A stretch of DNA of 64,000 nt, from assembly GCA_040437565.1 (NCBI GenBank), contig JBDOQK010000011.1:310001-374000 (forward strand). Reading direction: 5' to 3'. The DNA comes from Albugo candida. Its lineage: Eukaryota. The notes under the pieces are model-generated. The model was given only the letters and a program-made list of their open reading frames with translations. It was not told where the DNA came from and did no database searches. Positions 47,601-60,831 of this stretch are shown piece by piece. Numbering within the stretch: position 1 is the first letter of the stretch; every line of letters starts with the position of its first letter. Position numbers and translations under genes: made by a program.

Positions 47601-50600
47601 AGCTGTGTGAGCTCAATCATCTTGAAATCAGTCCCTCTGGACACGTTACCACTCTGGTGACTGTAAATTTAAACAAGAATCACAATGAAGCAAGCATGAA
47701 CTCGGCGAGAAGTTGTGAGCATTACATTATTGTTTTCGGCCTCACGGATAACGCAATTGAGGCAATTGTTCCATTTTTACAGGAGCAACATGGTGGTCTA
47801 GTGGCAATCAAATGGATGGAAAACTCGATTGAGAAACCTTTTAGTTATTCCAGTCACCGAGCAAATGGCACATCTAATATGTTCACTGATTGTAACTCAT
47901 TTAATACGTCCAAACTCCTGGTGCTTACGAAGACCACATTGGGAGTATTACGCAAATGTGTACGATCATCGATTGTAACAACTCCGCTGACAACATATTG
48001 GGCGCTTGTTTGGTCAATGACTCGCTTTTCGTTACCAACGCATTGCGCGGCATTCGTCGCACCTTCATTGTTGTATGTTGTTTTAGAGACAAACGCAATC
48101 ACTAGCATCAACATATGGGACCAAAACTTTATGGATCGAGCACAAATTGATACAGCCTGCATTAGTACGCTTGAGAATGTGGGCCTTCCACTCCAAAATC
48201 AGGCAATCCCTCGCGAGTTAATCGCGACAAAGGAAAGATCACGGGGTTGCATTCCAATACAACACCCGCTATACGTGCTATTTTTCCTATCAAGAGGTTC
48301 CTTCGTGATAACGGAGATGATTCTTGAAGATCTTCGAAAACAAGTCTTAGAGTATGAGAATTATTGCTATTTGAATATGACAGATGCTTTAGGATTGACG
48401 GAGCTGAAGCACTTGGATCTCATCAAGATTCTCAAACCGAGTATGGATGGCACCGATAATGCTACTGAGGGCACGGATGATGATGCCCGGAATCGTATTT
48501 ATACACAAGGGAAACAAGCCTTCACTTCGATGAGTACAATTAGATCTTCGAAAAGGGATTGTGCAAGTGACTTATTTAGCAGTGCTCGTCCTGTTGACAG
48601 AAGTGATCGGGCTGATCTTTTGTTCGCTTGTCGTGAAACAGAAAAGTCGAGTATTCCAGATGGAGTCCAAGACAAAAAAGAGCATCTCAATACCTGTATC
48701 CTAGCAACGGACGATTATCATAATTTCATACTAAAATACTACGATCGAATCAAAATTTGGACGGTGACCGAGCGATATATACTTCGAAAGATCATTGAGG
48801 GCATTCGATTCATTTTTTCGTGGGTTAACGATATCGACAGGAAGAAAGATGAGGCAAGCCTTCGCTTTTGCACTAGTCTTTTATGGCCATTCTCTTCTAC
48901 ACATCAAACGTGTCTGCATTCAAAAAATCAGAGGTCCGATAAGAATTGTGAGGCTTCGTTAGCCAATGCACAGTTGAACGAAGCACTGGCATCGGAAAAC
49001 GAAGTGAATCAGAATAACGGTCTTGTCTCCGAACAAATTGCGTGGGCTTTGATTACTGATGAACAATCTCAACTAATACGAGAGTGCTTTCCTGTACTTG
49101 GCGCAAATCTACACGGTATAGGGTCGTTGTTCTCGTATGGCTGGGCCCTTTTCAGACAATGGCGACTACCTTTCTGGGTACACGATATTCAAGATCTCAT
49201 TATCCTCACCGAAAAAGCAGCACAAGTAGAGTACACCACAACAAAAAATCCTTTCGCTGTTGCACTCTTGTATGTCCTGCTTGGAAAGTCCTCTCTACTC
49301 GCGAACTTATTTAAGGTAGCCCAAGAAAATCGCATCTGTGATCTTTTGCGCAAGGATTTCAAAGAAGAGCGGTGGCAGCATGCTGCAATAAAGAATGCTT
49401 ATGTATTAAAGGGAAAACAGCGTTTCGAACTGGCAGCAGCATTTTTCTTGTTGGGGAATAAAGTTGAGCAAGCAATGTCTGTTTCACAACATGCAGACCC
49501 AACGCTAGTGACTTCATTTCTGATCGCCCGTATTGTTGAGCGCTGGAGTCTAAAAGCAGCAACTGTAGAAGGCCAATCTCACACCACACATACCTGGAAC
49601 CACCAAAATTTAAATACGTATGCCGTTAGCGAAACAAATTTCGGTAACGAGAGGACAAAATCAACAAGTATTGGACCCGGTAGCAAAAGGTCGATCTGTC
49701 TTCATTTTTTGAAGAACAATGTGCTGGAACGTGCACACGCTTGCAACGATGTCTACATGTCCTTCATAATCAATTATCTGACCCAAAACTTCTCGGTCAT
49801 TAAAGCAGCCGAGATTCTACTCACTAAAGAACCAAATTCAGACATGAAGTGTTTTTTTCGATCAAGCTACAACAAAGTTGCAGCCAGTCAGGAAAATCCA
49901 CATATCGATGTAAGGTTTTCTTCCTCGTACTCTTTTCGACTGTATTGGCATACCTATTGTGAAAGTCTTCTGGGTGCATGCAACCTCGTTCGCTTTCTTT
50001 TGCCCGTTCTGGAACCACGTTTCAACCAATTTCAGAAACAGATACTACAACTTCAGATCAGAGCAAGTCATCGTCTACGAAACGTAAATTTGCCGCTGAT
50101 GGCCTTATACGTGCAGAAGGACCTAGGACTGGCCGTAGACAAGTATCAGAAGCATCAATCTCACCCACTGGAAGCTATAGTAGCGGCTGGAAACCGCTTG
50201 GCAGAATGTCAGATTATCTACGAGCAGGTCATTAGAAGAAACTGCTTACTCGAAAATTCAATCGATAACTTCATGCAGAGCGATTCAAGCGGCGACAAAG
50301 GAGCATTACTGCATGCGATTTCCTCTGAAAAAAAGCATTGCCTCGAAGTAGTTCACTTGTATACTGATGCTTTACAAGCATTTTCTGGAACGAGAGGACG
50401 TCAGGATGCTGTTCTGTCAGCAAATGACTTCAGTGCGATGTTGAGGAACAAGAAGCTTTTTCAGTTTTTAGCCTGCTCGAGGCGTGTTGTGGCTGTAGAG
50501 CACCTCTTTTCCGCAAGCACCCAAGCGAACAAGCCACACATACATCTATCAAGCTTATCCTCTACACCGATGATCTTGAATCTTGTGGATATAATCAGTG

Positions 50601-53526
50601 ACGGTATAACATTTGTTGCTTCAGGCGATTTACTTCGATCCTCGACAGTAGTGGCAATCACCAAGCGCGTTGATCAAGTCTGTCTGGATCTCTTAGGCAT
50701 TGCTTTAGAATTGCTTCGGTGGATTGTGAGTGTATATGCGACAGTTTCTGACCGACGAGAAAACGTAGAGAACGTTCGTATTGTATCAGGCTCCATTTAT
50801 AGTGTGATATGCCTCTGCCTGAAGTATTCAAGAAGTCCTTGCTGCATCATGCCGTCGTTGCGTGTCATATTTCCACACAAAAAAACCCTATCTAGCGCAG
50901 TGGTTGAAAAACTCGATTACAATGGGATTATGAAGGCTTGTCCTCATTGCTCCCAGCTCGAGAGTGTCTCAAAGCTGACATTGGAGAAGACAACAAATAG
51001 CAACTCGATTCAGGAAGACATTCCGATACTGTACAAAGTGATCGATATGCTTACCGTCGACTGTAATGATTTTATCACTCGAGTCAAAGTATGTCGCTCA
51101 CAGCCTGTACGAAGTGACGGAAGATCGACCGAAGACAATTTACTTATGAAACCAATCTCATTGAGTCATGGCTTTTGCGTTTATTGGACAATGTTACTTT
51201 CGTTTGCAGCCTGTAGCATGTCCGAACATGTTAGGAAGATCACGTTTCCAAGATACTCTCATGAACCATCTCAAGATCCGGGCCAAGAAGACCAAGATGT
51301 GCTTGTAACAATCAATGAAAAAGTAGCACGAGAATCAGTACGGAGTGCCAAGCGATTGATACAGGCTTGGAGTGATGTACGAGCAAGCATGTGTAGGATA
51401 GTTGTTTCGCAAATGCTACTTGAGCTTGTTGTGAATTACTTCACCTCATTGGAAGCACAAATTGTATCATCGGATCACATTGAATGCAAAAGTAATGATG
51501 CGAATCTCTCAGCTACATCAATGGACTACAAGGAATCCCTGCATTGCTCCTGCACAAACTGTCCATGGATTGTAGTACTTTCGCTAGTAGTGGATACAAA
51601 CGATTTGTTATCGAAGCTGAATGTCAGGCTGAAAGCCTCTTCTGAGAAAATTCGCGAGTTGATAAAATGGGGCTATCTTCCTGAATACAGAACGATGCGG
51701 CAGGGAACATATGCACCAAAAACCATCCAGTCGGCAACTATGAAAACGAGCTCTTCCAGTTCTTTATTCTCTATCTCGTCCTTATCAGTTGTTCGAACAC
51801 ACAATTCGATTCGTTCTTATACCAGTAGTGGTAAGTCAATCATGGCAGCAATGGATCTTGCATCTGCGTCGGAGAGAAAAAGTAATCGAATGCAATTTCA
51901 AGAGAGCCGATACATAGGGCCAATAAGTACGTTGAGCATCTCTTGTATGTATCATGGAGATGAGTCAATCAAGGCATTCTGCATCAACAACTTAAAGCCT
52001 ACGGAAATGATTATCTGCAGCAGCAAGTCTATGGTTCGTCTTGTCAGTACAGCCGAGTCAAGCAATAAATTTGTATTGCGGAGTCGATTTGTCAGTCCTA
52101 GTTTCAAGCATATTTCTTTGGGGATGCAAGATGTTTTACGAAGGAATACCACGGCAGGGATAAAGCGATCTGATGCTGAAGATTTAGTGAGCGAGACACG
52201 ATCTTCTCCGAAGCAGAAGCATCAGGTCATTGAGAATATATCGGCAGCTCAACACTCGCCACGTAACCGATCGAGTATGAGGCAGGTGCCTGAACCATCA
52301 TCCCCATCAACCGCTCACGATATGAGAGCATCTCACACCAAACCAACAGCTCTCCGAGCCCATCCTTACCTACCATATTTTGTGTCCGGCAATCATAAGG
52401 GGGAAGTACATCTTTGGGCTTATGACAAACCACAAGCTTTGTGCGAATTTAGGTCTTCCGAGATTGTCCAGGTATGTGCATCACTGTCATGGATTCCATC
52501 GAATTGTCTGTTGTAATTTGGTGGGATAGGCTTATTCGACCAATAATGCGGCGCAAGGACGTCGTGACATCAGAAGAATTCAATTTGATACTTTGGGACA
52601 ACAGGCATGCAGCATATCATCAATGATGTGTAAAATTAAGATAATGTGCGTCGTAGATGGGTGTCGTGGACATGACGGGGCATCTTTGCCTTTGGAATTG
52701 CGCTAAACTTGGTCAAATGCCGTGTCATCGAACAATTTTGGTACAGTACAAATGTGTTTGCTACTATATTGAAGGATGAGCTAAGATATATTTTGCAAGT
52801 GTCACGATAAAGGCGCGCGTTCGTTGGCATTTGTGAATTCATCCACTTGTGTTGCCACAGTGGGAAGCTCTTCAGGGTAAACGAACCATATATTGCAATC
52901 CTGGAATCAGGCCAAAAGTGTGTTTGCATTGTAGAAAGCAAAGTGTTTGTGTGTGGGACCTCCTACTTCCGACATCCAAAGCAATGATTGCATCGCCGGT
53001 GTGTCATTCAGCGGGAAGTGCTTCAGTGGTTTTCTCATCTTCTCACCAGGTGAAGATATCATGTACATCATCGACGCATTTATTTCTAAGCATTCTCATC
53101 CGGTAGCTATTGATATCCGGAGGTGAAGGTGGCGGAATCAGTATTTTTGACGTCCGTCAGCGACGTGTTCTCTACAGTTTATCGAATGCTCATGAGACTG
53201 CTATCACAACTCTCGAGTTGCATCCAGAGAATCACTGCGTTCTATCTGGATCCGCAAGTGGTGATGTGAAAATTTGGTCCATTCCAATCTTTCGAGAAGT
53301 CCTTACAATTCCCAAATTACACACGAAAGCTTCACTGATTGGAGACGGAGTCAGTACCTTTCTTGGAGAAACAGCCTCCAATATGGCGATCAACGTGACA
53401 AACTCATCCTGGGGTGTCACTGATGCCTTCGCAACAAAAACCTATTTCTACACTACCGGCACAGATGGATCCGTACAGCGCATTCGTATCCCAAGTATCC
53501 AGCAATCTGACCTCTCTGACATCTGA
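44622..53526 (+). CDS. DmX-like / Rabconnectin-3 alpha / Rav1 WD40 protein (RAVE V-ATPase assembly complex); multi-exon
   Basis: Rav1p_C signature NPFAVALLYVLLGK...LANLFK...DFKEERWQHAAIKNAYVLKGKQRFELAAAFFLLG; N- and C-terminal WD40 repeats (AHPYLPYFVSG, VCVWDLLLP, LISGGEGGGISIFDVRQR, SGSASGDVKIW). Confidence 0.9.
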
Positions 53527-53635
53527 AACAGATAGAATGCTTTGCTATGGCTCACGATTCCAAATATGCCAAAACAAAAGTTCATTATCATTCCTATGGT
53601 AAGTGTTGCGAAAAGGCGCTGACATTGCTATAGAT

Positions 53636-56561
53636 ATGCAAAATGCATTGTTTCTGCTCATTCAATTTATTCTATTCATTCTGATCCGCATTGATCCTGG
53701 AGATGGATTTTCAAAACAATCGGTAAATGCAGTTTCTGGTCAGAGTTCCAAAAGGTTGTGCGTACAGCGCTTACCAAAAACTTTGCAGCTGTTGAATACC
53801 GTACAAAAAGAGGCATTATGCAGTGCTACGGACACTGACAGCTCTGCTCGTTGTGTGGTCTCCGCTTCGAAACATAATAGCCTAAAGTTTCATTTGGAAC
53901 ATAGCGACACAATAATGCAAGATGTGGTGGTTAGTTTTCTTGTCCAATTNNNNNNNNNNNNNNNNNNNNNNNNNNNNNNNNNNNNNNNNNNNNNNNNNNN
54001 NNNNNNNNNNNNNNNNNNNNNNNNNNNNNNNNNNNNNNNNNNNNNNNNNTGCTATAGATATGCAAAATGCATTGTTTCTGCTCATTCAATTTATTCTATT
54101 CATTCTGATCCGCATCGATCCTGGAGATGGATTTCCAATGCAATCGGTAAACGCAGTTTCTGGTCAGAGCTTCAAAAGGTTGTGCGTACAGCGCATACCA
54201 AAAACTTTGCAGCTGTTGAATACCGTACAAAAAGAGGCATTATGCAGTGCTACGGACACTGACAGCTCTGCTCGTTGTGTGGTCTCCGCGTCAAAACATA
54301 ATAGCTTAAAGTTTTATTTGGAACATAGCGACACAATAATGCAAGATGTGGTGGTTAGTTTTCTTGTCCAATTATGTGCACATGCAAGTAGCAGCGGACC
54401 CGCGAAATGTCTGAATAAAATTCCAGCATATATTCTCTCAAAACCACAAACTACTCAATTGCTAAACGCACAGCTGAATTGGACAGGAAGTTTATGTGGG
54501 GGTGCAGTGGATGATAAACCTGCTGGCTGTATCGTGGAATTACATAGAATTTCCGGACAGAGGCTCATTTTTGGACGAGATTCTGGTATCCAACATCAAA
54601 AGAGCCAGCCAGCAAAAGCTCTCGGAATATGTCGAGCATTTGACGGGGAGTTGTCATTGTTTACAAAATGCGTAAAGTCAGCACCAAGAACCCTGGAGTT
54701 ATGGACACGTTTTGAATTGTGTCGAGAAGGCGCCGTGTACTCGGGCGTCATAGGCTGTGCATCCAAACTGGTGATAAAGGGTTTTCCTAATGCGTTTATC
54801 CCACAGATTTGTGCGTCAAGTTCGATGCAAACCTACAAACAGACCACAAGATGCATTCTTACAGCTCAGCAAAAGCTGGGATGGATGGAAGTCGCATTAC
54901 AGGCTAGATTATGCGCAAACGCCTTGCGTTTGAATCCTGTCGACTGCGCAATTGCTCTCAGAAAAGGACGAACAAATAAACTTGGAACGGGCTTTGGTGT
55001 TTCTGAGATTGTGGAAATTTGTATAGATGACACCGACTCAGCCCTAGTTTTGCATTGCATGGAACGAATGCATACAACCTCACTCAACGCAATCGAGCGA
55101 TTACGACTATGCAAAACAAATTCACACGTCAAAATGGAGTATTCATCTTACTGTATCATAAGCGCGCTGCAGATTCTTGATAAGGCTTTCCCCGAAGCTT
55201 TTCATCAAACACATGCGATTCAACTCTGCAGAGATGCGATATCCTTAGCCCCAGTTCAATGTATCAAGTATTTGATCAAAAGAAGATACCTGACGATTAC
55301 ACAGATTGCGACTTTATGCAATCAAGCGATGTCAGATCATCGAGAGAAATGCTACGAATTTATACACGGATTGGGGACGTTTACATCGGAACAAGGAATT
55401 AAATTCTGTGTTGGGGTGATTTCGGAAGGACCCACTGACTGTTTAAAAACCCACATGAAACTCACTAGTGCCAGCACATTCAACCAGTTTGGTTTATTAC
55501 TCTGCGAGAATGCCTCCAGTGAAGCTCCAGCGATATGCTTTGATGCTACCTCACCAAAATATTCAAAGATTGAAAAATGCGCTTTGTGTAATGGAGCTTC
55601 GAGTGTTGAGCCAGCCAAGTGTGCTTCAGTCACAATCACCAGAATCTCACAGGCCTATCAAGCGGCTCTTTGCAACAAAGCTTCGTCGATAGCACCAGCT
55701 TTATGTGCACTTGAGGCACCCTACAAACTCTTCTCAGAAGATACTGTAAAGCTATGTCGAGGTGCACAGGACATCATTCCTGCAAAATGTGCAATAATCC
55801 TTTCCACAAATTCTTTCGTATCGTCTTCGGTTGTCGTGCAGACCTGTCAGAACGTGACATCAACAACACCGGCCAAATGCCTTCTTTTCTCGGTGTCAAA
55901 GCGCACAGCGCTGTGCCCTCGAATGATATCTTACTGCCGTGAAGCATACAGCATACCGACATCTTTGGCAGTTATCAATGTCATTCATACGTGCGCAATC
56001 ATCTCTTCCGATTGCCCATTGACTTTCCTGGTACAAGCCTTTGATCAGTATGGAGATCTGGTTGGATCTTTAAACAGCGGAGTCGTACGCCTTTTCGTCG
56101 TAAGAAACACAAGCACATTACCAATTTTCGACATCAGAAACTCTATCGGACTCCAAGGTTACTCGCAAGCAAACTTTGTGAACGGAACAGCTAATTTTTC
56201 TGATTTCCGATTTAAGAAAGCCGGATCATTTACACTACATTTTCGGTCAAAAGAAGTGCGAAAAGGAAGTAAAGGGGAAGCTGTGATTCGAGTGAATGTG
56301 CACCCGAGTAAGCACCAAGCAGAAAGCACGCGCTGCCAAATCTGGCTTGCAAAAGCGCGTGGCTTTAATCACAGAATGGAACTAGGGGAAAATGGGCCTG
56401 GTCAAGAAGTTATGCTTCTCGCGCTTCCAGTCCACATGTACTTTCAAGTTTTGTATTGCGAGAAATACTTGTCCGAAAGTATGGGTCTTAAACACATAAC
56501 AAACACCTTTCGCTTTGCATTTTGTAAAGTCAATATGGCCGCGTACGATATCGTCACGTAA
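53636..56561 (+). CDS. Secreted Cys-rich repeat protein (LCxxAxSxxPAxC repeats) with a C-terminal Ig-like beta domain; 5' end present twice across an N-gap (second ATG at 54060)
   Basis: Hydrophobic N-terminus MQNALFLLIQFILFILIRIDPG; about 12 clear C-x10-C repeats; FLVQAFDQYGDLV...NGTANFSDFRFKKAGSFTLHF. Confidence 0.75.
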
Positions 56562-57038
56562 CACGAGAATACGACCGACTTGACTTCTCTATTATACGTC
56601 AACGATGGCAATGATGAAGAAAAAGCAAAGGGTTCATGAAATAATATCAACTGCAAGACCCATTGCAGGCAAAGTCCGACCTCACGTAATTGTTTGTTTG
56701 GTGGGATCAATCAGAGCTCGCTTCAATTGCGATCCAGGATGTCATCAGAAAGAGTTAATTTAGAGCTACTCTTTCATGTCATTGGAGAACGCAGCCACAG
56801 CATTTTGCGAAAAGAGGCATCAAAATATTCTTACTGATTACTAGTGCCTATGAGAAGCTCAATGCTGCTACTCAAGTGTAGCAGTATCCGGGGTGGACAT
56901 CACCTTTTCCAAGATACTTTTGTCTATCCGATAATATAGACGATTGATCGTAATCTTGTTACATTTATCTACCCGTCTCCTATTTTGGAAATCGACGACT
57001 GTGTCGGTTCGATCGCACGCGCTATATTTTTCGTTGCA

Positions 57039-60000
57039 ATGGAAACTATGTCCCCCGACCACATCAGCGAGATTATGGGAAGCCAGGAAGAAGCAGAAAG
57101 CTCACTCAACCCGAAACGCAAGCATCGATTACGGCAGTATGTAAAGGACCGAGCCGCATCTTGCTTCGAACTTGCGAGTGAAAGCAATCACTCAGTTTGG
57201 AAATCTCAAGACATAAAACAGCAAGTAATTGTATACAAACCAGTGAACGAATGGAATGGGTATCTTTCATCAAAGGCAGTTATCACTGCTAACGCCTCGT
57301 TTTCTCTCATTCCGAGAGTATTGGCCGAATTGAGCTCTACTACCAATTTCAAAACATTCCTTCGCAAGATTTTGGGCGACTATTTGATAGATGCACAGGT
57401 TTTAGAAGAACTGGAACAAGTAGCCGACATATCGCCTGAGGATGTTATCCACGCCGAGACTTCGGTTTTTGNNNNNNNNNNNNNNNNNNNNNNNNNNNNN
57501 NNNNNNNNNNNNNNNNNNNNNNNNNNNNNNNNNNNNNNNNNNNNNNNNNNNNNNNNNNNNNNNNNNNNNNNACTGCTAACGCCTCGTTTTCTCTCATTCC
57601 GAGAGTATTGGCCGAATTGAGCTCTACTACCAATTTCAAAACATTCCTTCGCAAGATTTTGGGCGACTATTTGATAGATGCACAGGTTTTAGAAGAACTG
57701 GAACAAGTAGCCGACATATCGCCTGAGGATGTTATCCACGCCGAGACTTCGGTTTTTGCAGAACAGGCAGCTATCAAGTGGTGGGCTATTAAATCATGTC
57801 AATTAGCTAGTAAGCCATCGGATTTCTACGTCTTAGAGGTATATGACAAGGTTTCGATTGGAAAGACGATTTTCTATATTACTTTCGCTAGTACATCGGG
57901 GCTGAAGTGGATCAACACGAGATAAAGTCGTGCTATATGTATCAGGAATCTCTAGCACAAGTTGGCGATATGCCTACAACAGAAGCACTGAACTTGGAAA
58001 GAGCCAAGATAAATGCGTTGATATGCAAATTTGAACGTCTACCGATAGCGGATTTTACACAAGAATTGGTACAGATTTCAGTCATTTGTCAGCGCCGTTC
58101 CCCGTTAGTAGCGTTTTTTCGGAGCAACACTGCAGCTGAAATGGCCACACAGTTCGCAATCGGTCTCAAAGATTTGCTGGAGGATCCAATTGAGGCACAA
58201 GAAATAGCGATTATGAGCTCCACAGATTGGATCAAAGATAAGTAGGAAAATTCTTTCCAAGATCGCACAAATTGACTGTCCTCATCTTATTCTGTTTTCA
58301 TGCATGACCTAGAGAGCGGTCTAGCTGTGTCATTTGTTTGCGCAAGTACTCGGCCATCTTCCGGCGGCGACATCATTGTCGCACTTGCGGCGAAGTTATC
58401 TGTTCGCAATGCAGTAGTACTATTCGGGTTCCGGGAAAGAAACTTAAATGCAGCGAGAATCAGCCCACAGGTTACAAAACAAGTATTCGATTGTGCATAC
58501 ACTGCGTTGGATTATATTCACAGCACAAGGGAATAATGAGCTACTCGGGTCAGCAAGTTCTGAGTGATCTTGTTCATCAACAAAGAAAGGAGTCATTGTC
58601 CCCTTACGAAGAGGAGAAAAATGAACAACAGGTGTTGGATCAGAACTTGCAGCATGGTAGTAAGGCTACTGCCGACGATACAGAAATCAGTCAAATTGTA
58701 CTGCTCGAACGACCTTCGCGTAATTACAATGACGCAGAAGGCGACATTTTGTTACAGCATTCTGGGGATTCGGAATCGTACGGTTCTGATGAACATCTTC
58801 CATTATGGCTACATAGCGGGGAATTATCGCAGACTTCCAATTATACCTCCGAATCTTCGATTTCCGAGCATTTGCTTCTTTCCATGACTATGGACGATGA
58901 GAAGAAGAATTCGTGTTTATATAATTCAGATGCGGATTCTATGATAACGTTAGATTCCGGTCCGCCTTCGTGCTCATTATCATCAAAGACGAGAAGAAGC
59001 AAAGCGTATAGTTTTAATGCATGCAATCAAAAGCAAGTGAGCACTATAGCACAGACCGAAGATTCTCCACTGAGACATCGTACAAATTCTACTCTGGACA
59101 AGGAGATACATTTCATACGCTCGCAACATGGTCGCGAAGCATCTGCCTCATTTTCATTTCAATGTTCCACGAAACCTACGCGAAAGACCGTACATCGTTT
59201 AGTGCAAGAGTGTACTAATGTCTGTACGGCTTCTGCTTGGTCAAGCCACCGAGACGAAAAGTGCGCTTTGAAAGAAGCATACGATAAACTTTTACTCAAG
59301 CTCGAAGGAACAGCGCATTTTCTTGTCGTAGGGTTTACCACTGGATTTTGCGCTGAGTTGTTGATCACATCCTTACGAGAGCAAGCTCCCAATGTGCCAT
59401 ATATCGGTGGCTCCATTGCTTGCGGCTTGTGCGATGAAAATTCGTGGATTTCTGTGAATCGTCAAAAGGATGAAGAATTTCTAACACTTTGGGGCGTCCA
59501 TGACCCATACGGCATCTACTCTGTCGCTCATGCCGATTATTCACAGAGCGATCCAAAGGAAAAAGCTTACGCAGCTGCACGAGCCGCATACGGCCGAGTT
59601 GAAAAGGATATACAACCAGATGAGGCTCCGGTATGTAGCTGAAGATCCTACACACTATCGCCATGAGTTTACCTCGCAAAGTCTTTCATCGTAGCATATG
59701 CATGCCCCCAAAGCGTCGAAGACGCAACTGAAGGAATTCGTGAAGCCATTTGCTGCCCTCTTGTGGGTGGCTGCTCGTCAGATGTAGCCAAACAGGGCGA
59801 TCTACGTGGCCATCATATTTCATCCACACAAATTAGCAGTAGTAGTTGCTGTGATTATACTAAGAATGTTCATGAACTTCGGGGTGACAAAACCAGTCTC
59901 GGTATAGCATTCGCGCTATGCTTCCCCAGTGTGGAAACACGGACAAGTTGGTTCACTGGATACCAACCCTTTCATAGACCGGAAAGCACACATTGTACCG

Positions 60001-60742
60001 GGACAGTCACGAAAGCTTCGTGCAAGAAAATATATGAAATTGACTCAAAACCAGCTGCCCAAGTCTACCAAGAGGTTAGTGCCCTCCACTGTCCTCTCGT
60101 AATCTAATTTTCTTATCTGTATGCGCTATTGGATAAATCGAACAGTGGATTGACATTGCAGTGAAATCCAATCCTTCAGGAGATTCAGAGACCAAATTTC
60201 CACGGCTTGGGAATTTGTATCCGCTTGGTACCAGCCTAGAATTTGATAATGGAGAGGATGCCGAAATTCTTTATAACATGACTGCAGTTATCATTTCTTT
60301 GGATCCCGAGGAAGGCTCGCTGATCACCACAAGCTCTTTGACTCCAGGAACTAGCGTTACGCTTATGGAAATGACTGAAGAATCGCTTGAGGCTTCCATT
60401 CGCCAATTGCGGCAGCGTGTCTTGAAGAGCGGCGATTTGGATGGGAATGATATCGACGGATCCTTAGTATTTGTATCATCAGGGGTCCATGCACTTCTTG
60501 GCCACCACAAGATCAACAAAATGGTACGGTCATAGAATCCCCCTACATATGCAAGTGATGAAAATTGTCTGTAGGTTGACGCTTATCGCAAAGAATTCAA
60601 AGGAGCAGCGTTGATGGGAATGACTACCTCCGGTGGGATCGGACACCTTGTGGACGTGAATGATTTCCCACATTTTGATTCGCTTATGTTTGGTGCTATT
60701 TTTTTCACTGGACGAAGGAGAACAGAGTACATGTTCTTGTAG
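57039..60742 (+). CDS. START-like + FYVE + FIST_N/FIST_C fusion protein; multi-exon, spans an overlap gap
   Basis: N-terminal oomycete START-like region (AAIKWWAIK...SDFYVLE); FYVE WIKD...CHLCLRKYSAIFRRRHHCRTCGEVICSQC...RLCIHC; FIST-like VPYIGGSIACG, CPLVGGCSSD, GYQP...GTVTKASCKKIYEIDSKPAAQVYQE, YPLG, PGTSVTLME, LMGMTTSGGIG; stop TAG at 60740-60742. Confidence 0.8.
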
Positions 60743-60831
60743 CAAAATGTACATAAATACTAATAAATAAATGCTAACAAATAACGGTACTAGTGGTGTG
60801 CTCTGCTTCTGGAATAGCTATAGACCGTCAA

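Noticed and set aside
2804-57758. Direct repeats flanking 100-N gaps (e.g. 2804-2912/3013-3118, 9413-9579/9680-9845, 18480-18822/18923-19265, 26664-26872/26973-27182, 27415-27484/27585-27654, 28807-29184/29285-29662, 44442-44492/44593-44642, 57285-57471/57572-57758)
   Set aside because: They always abut a fixed-length gap and fall inside otherwise continuous sequence or genes: unmerged contig overlaps, not LTRs or real tandem duplications.
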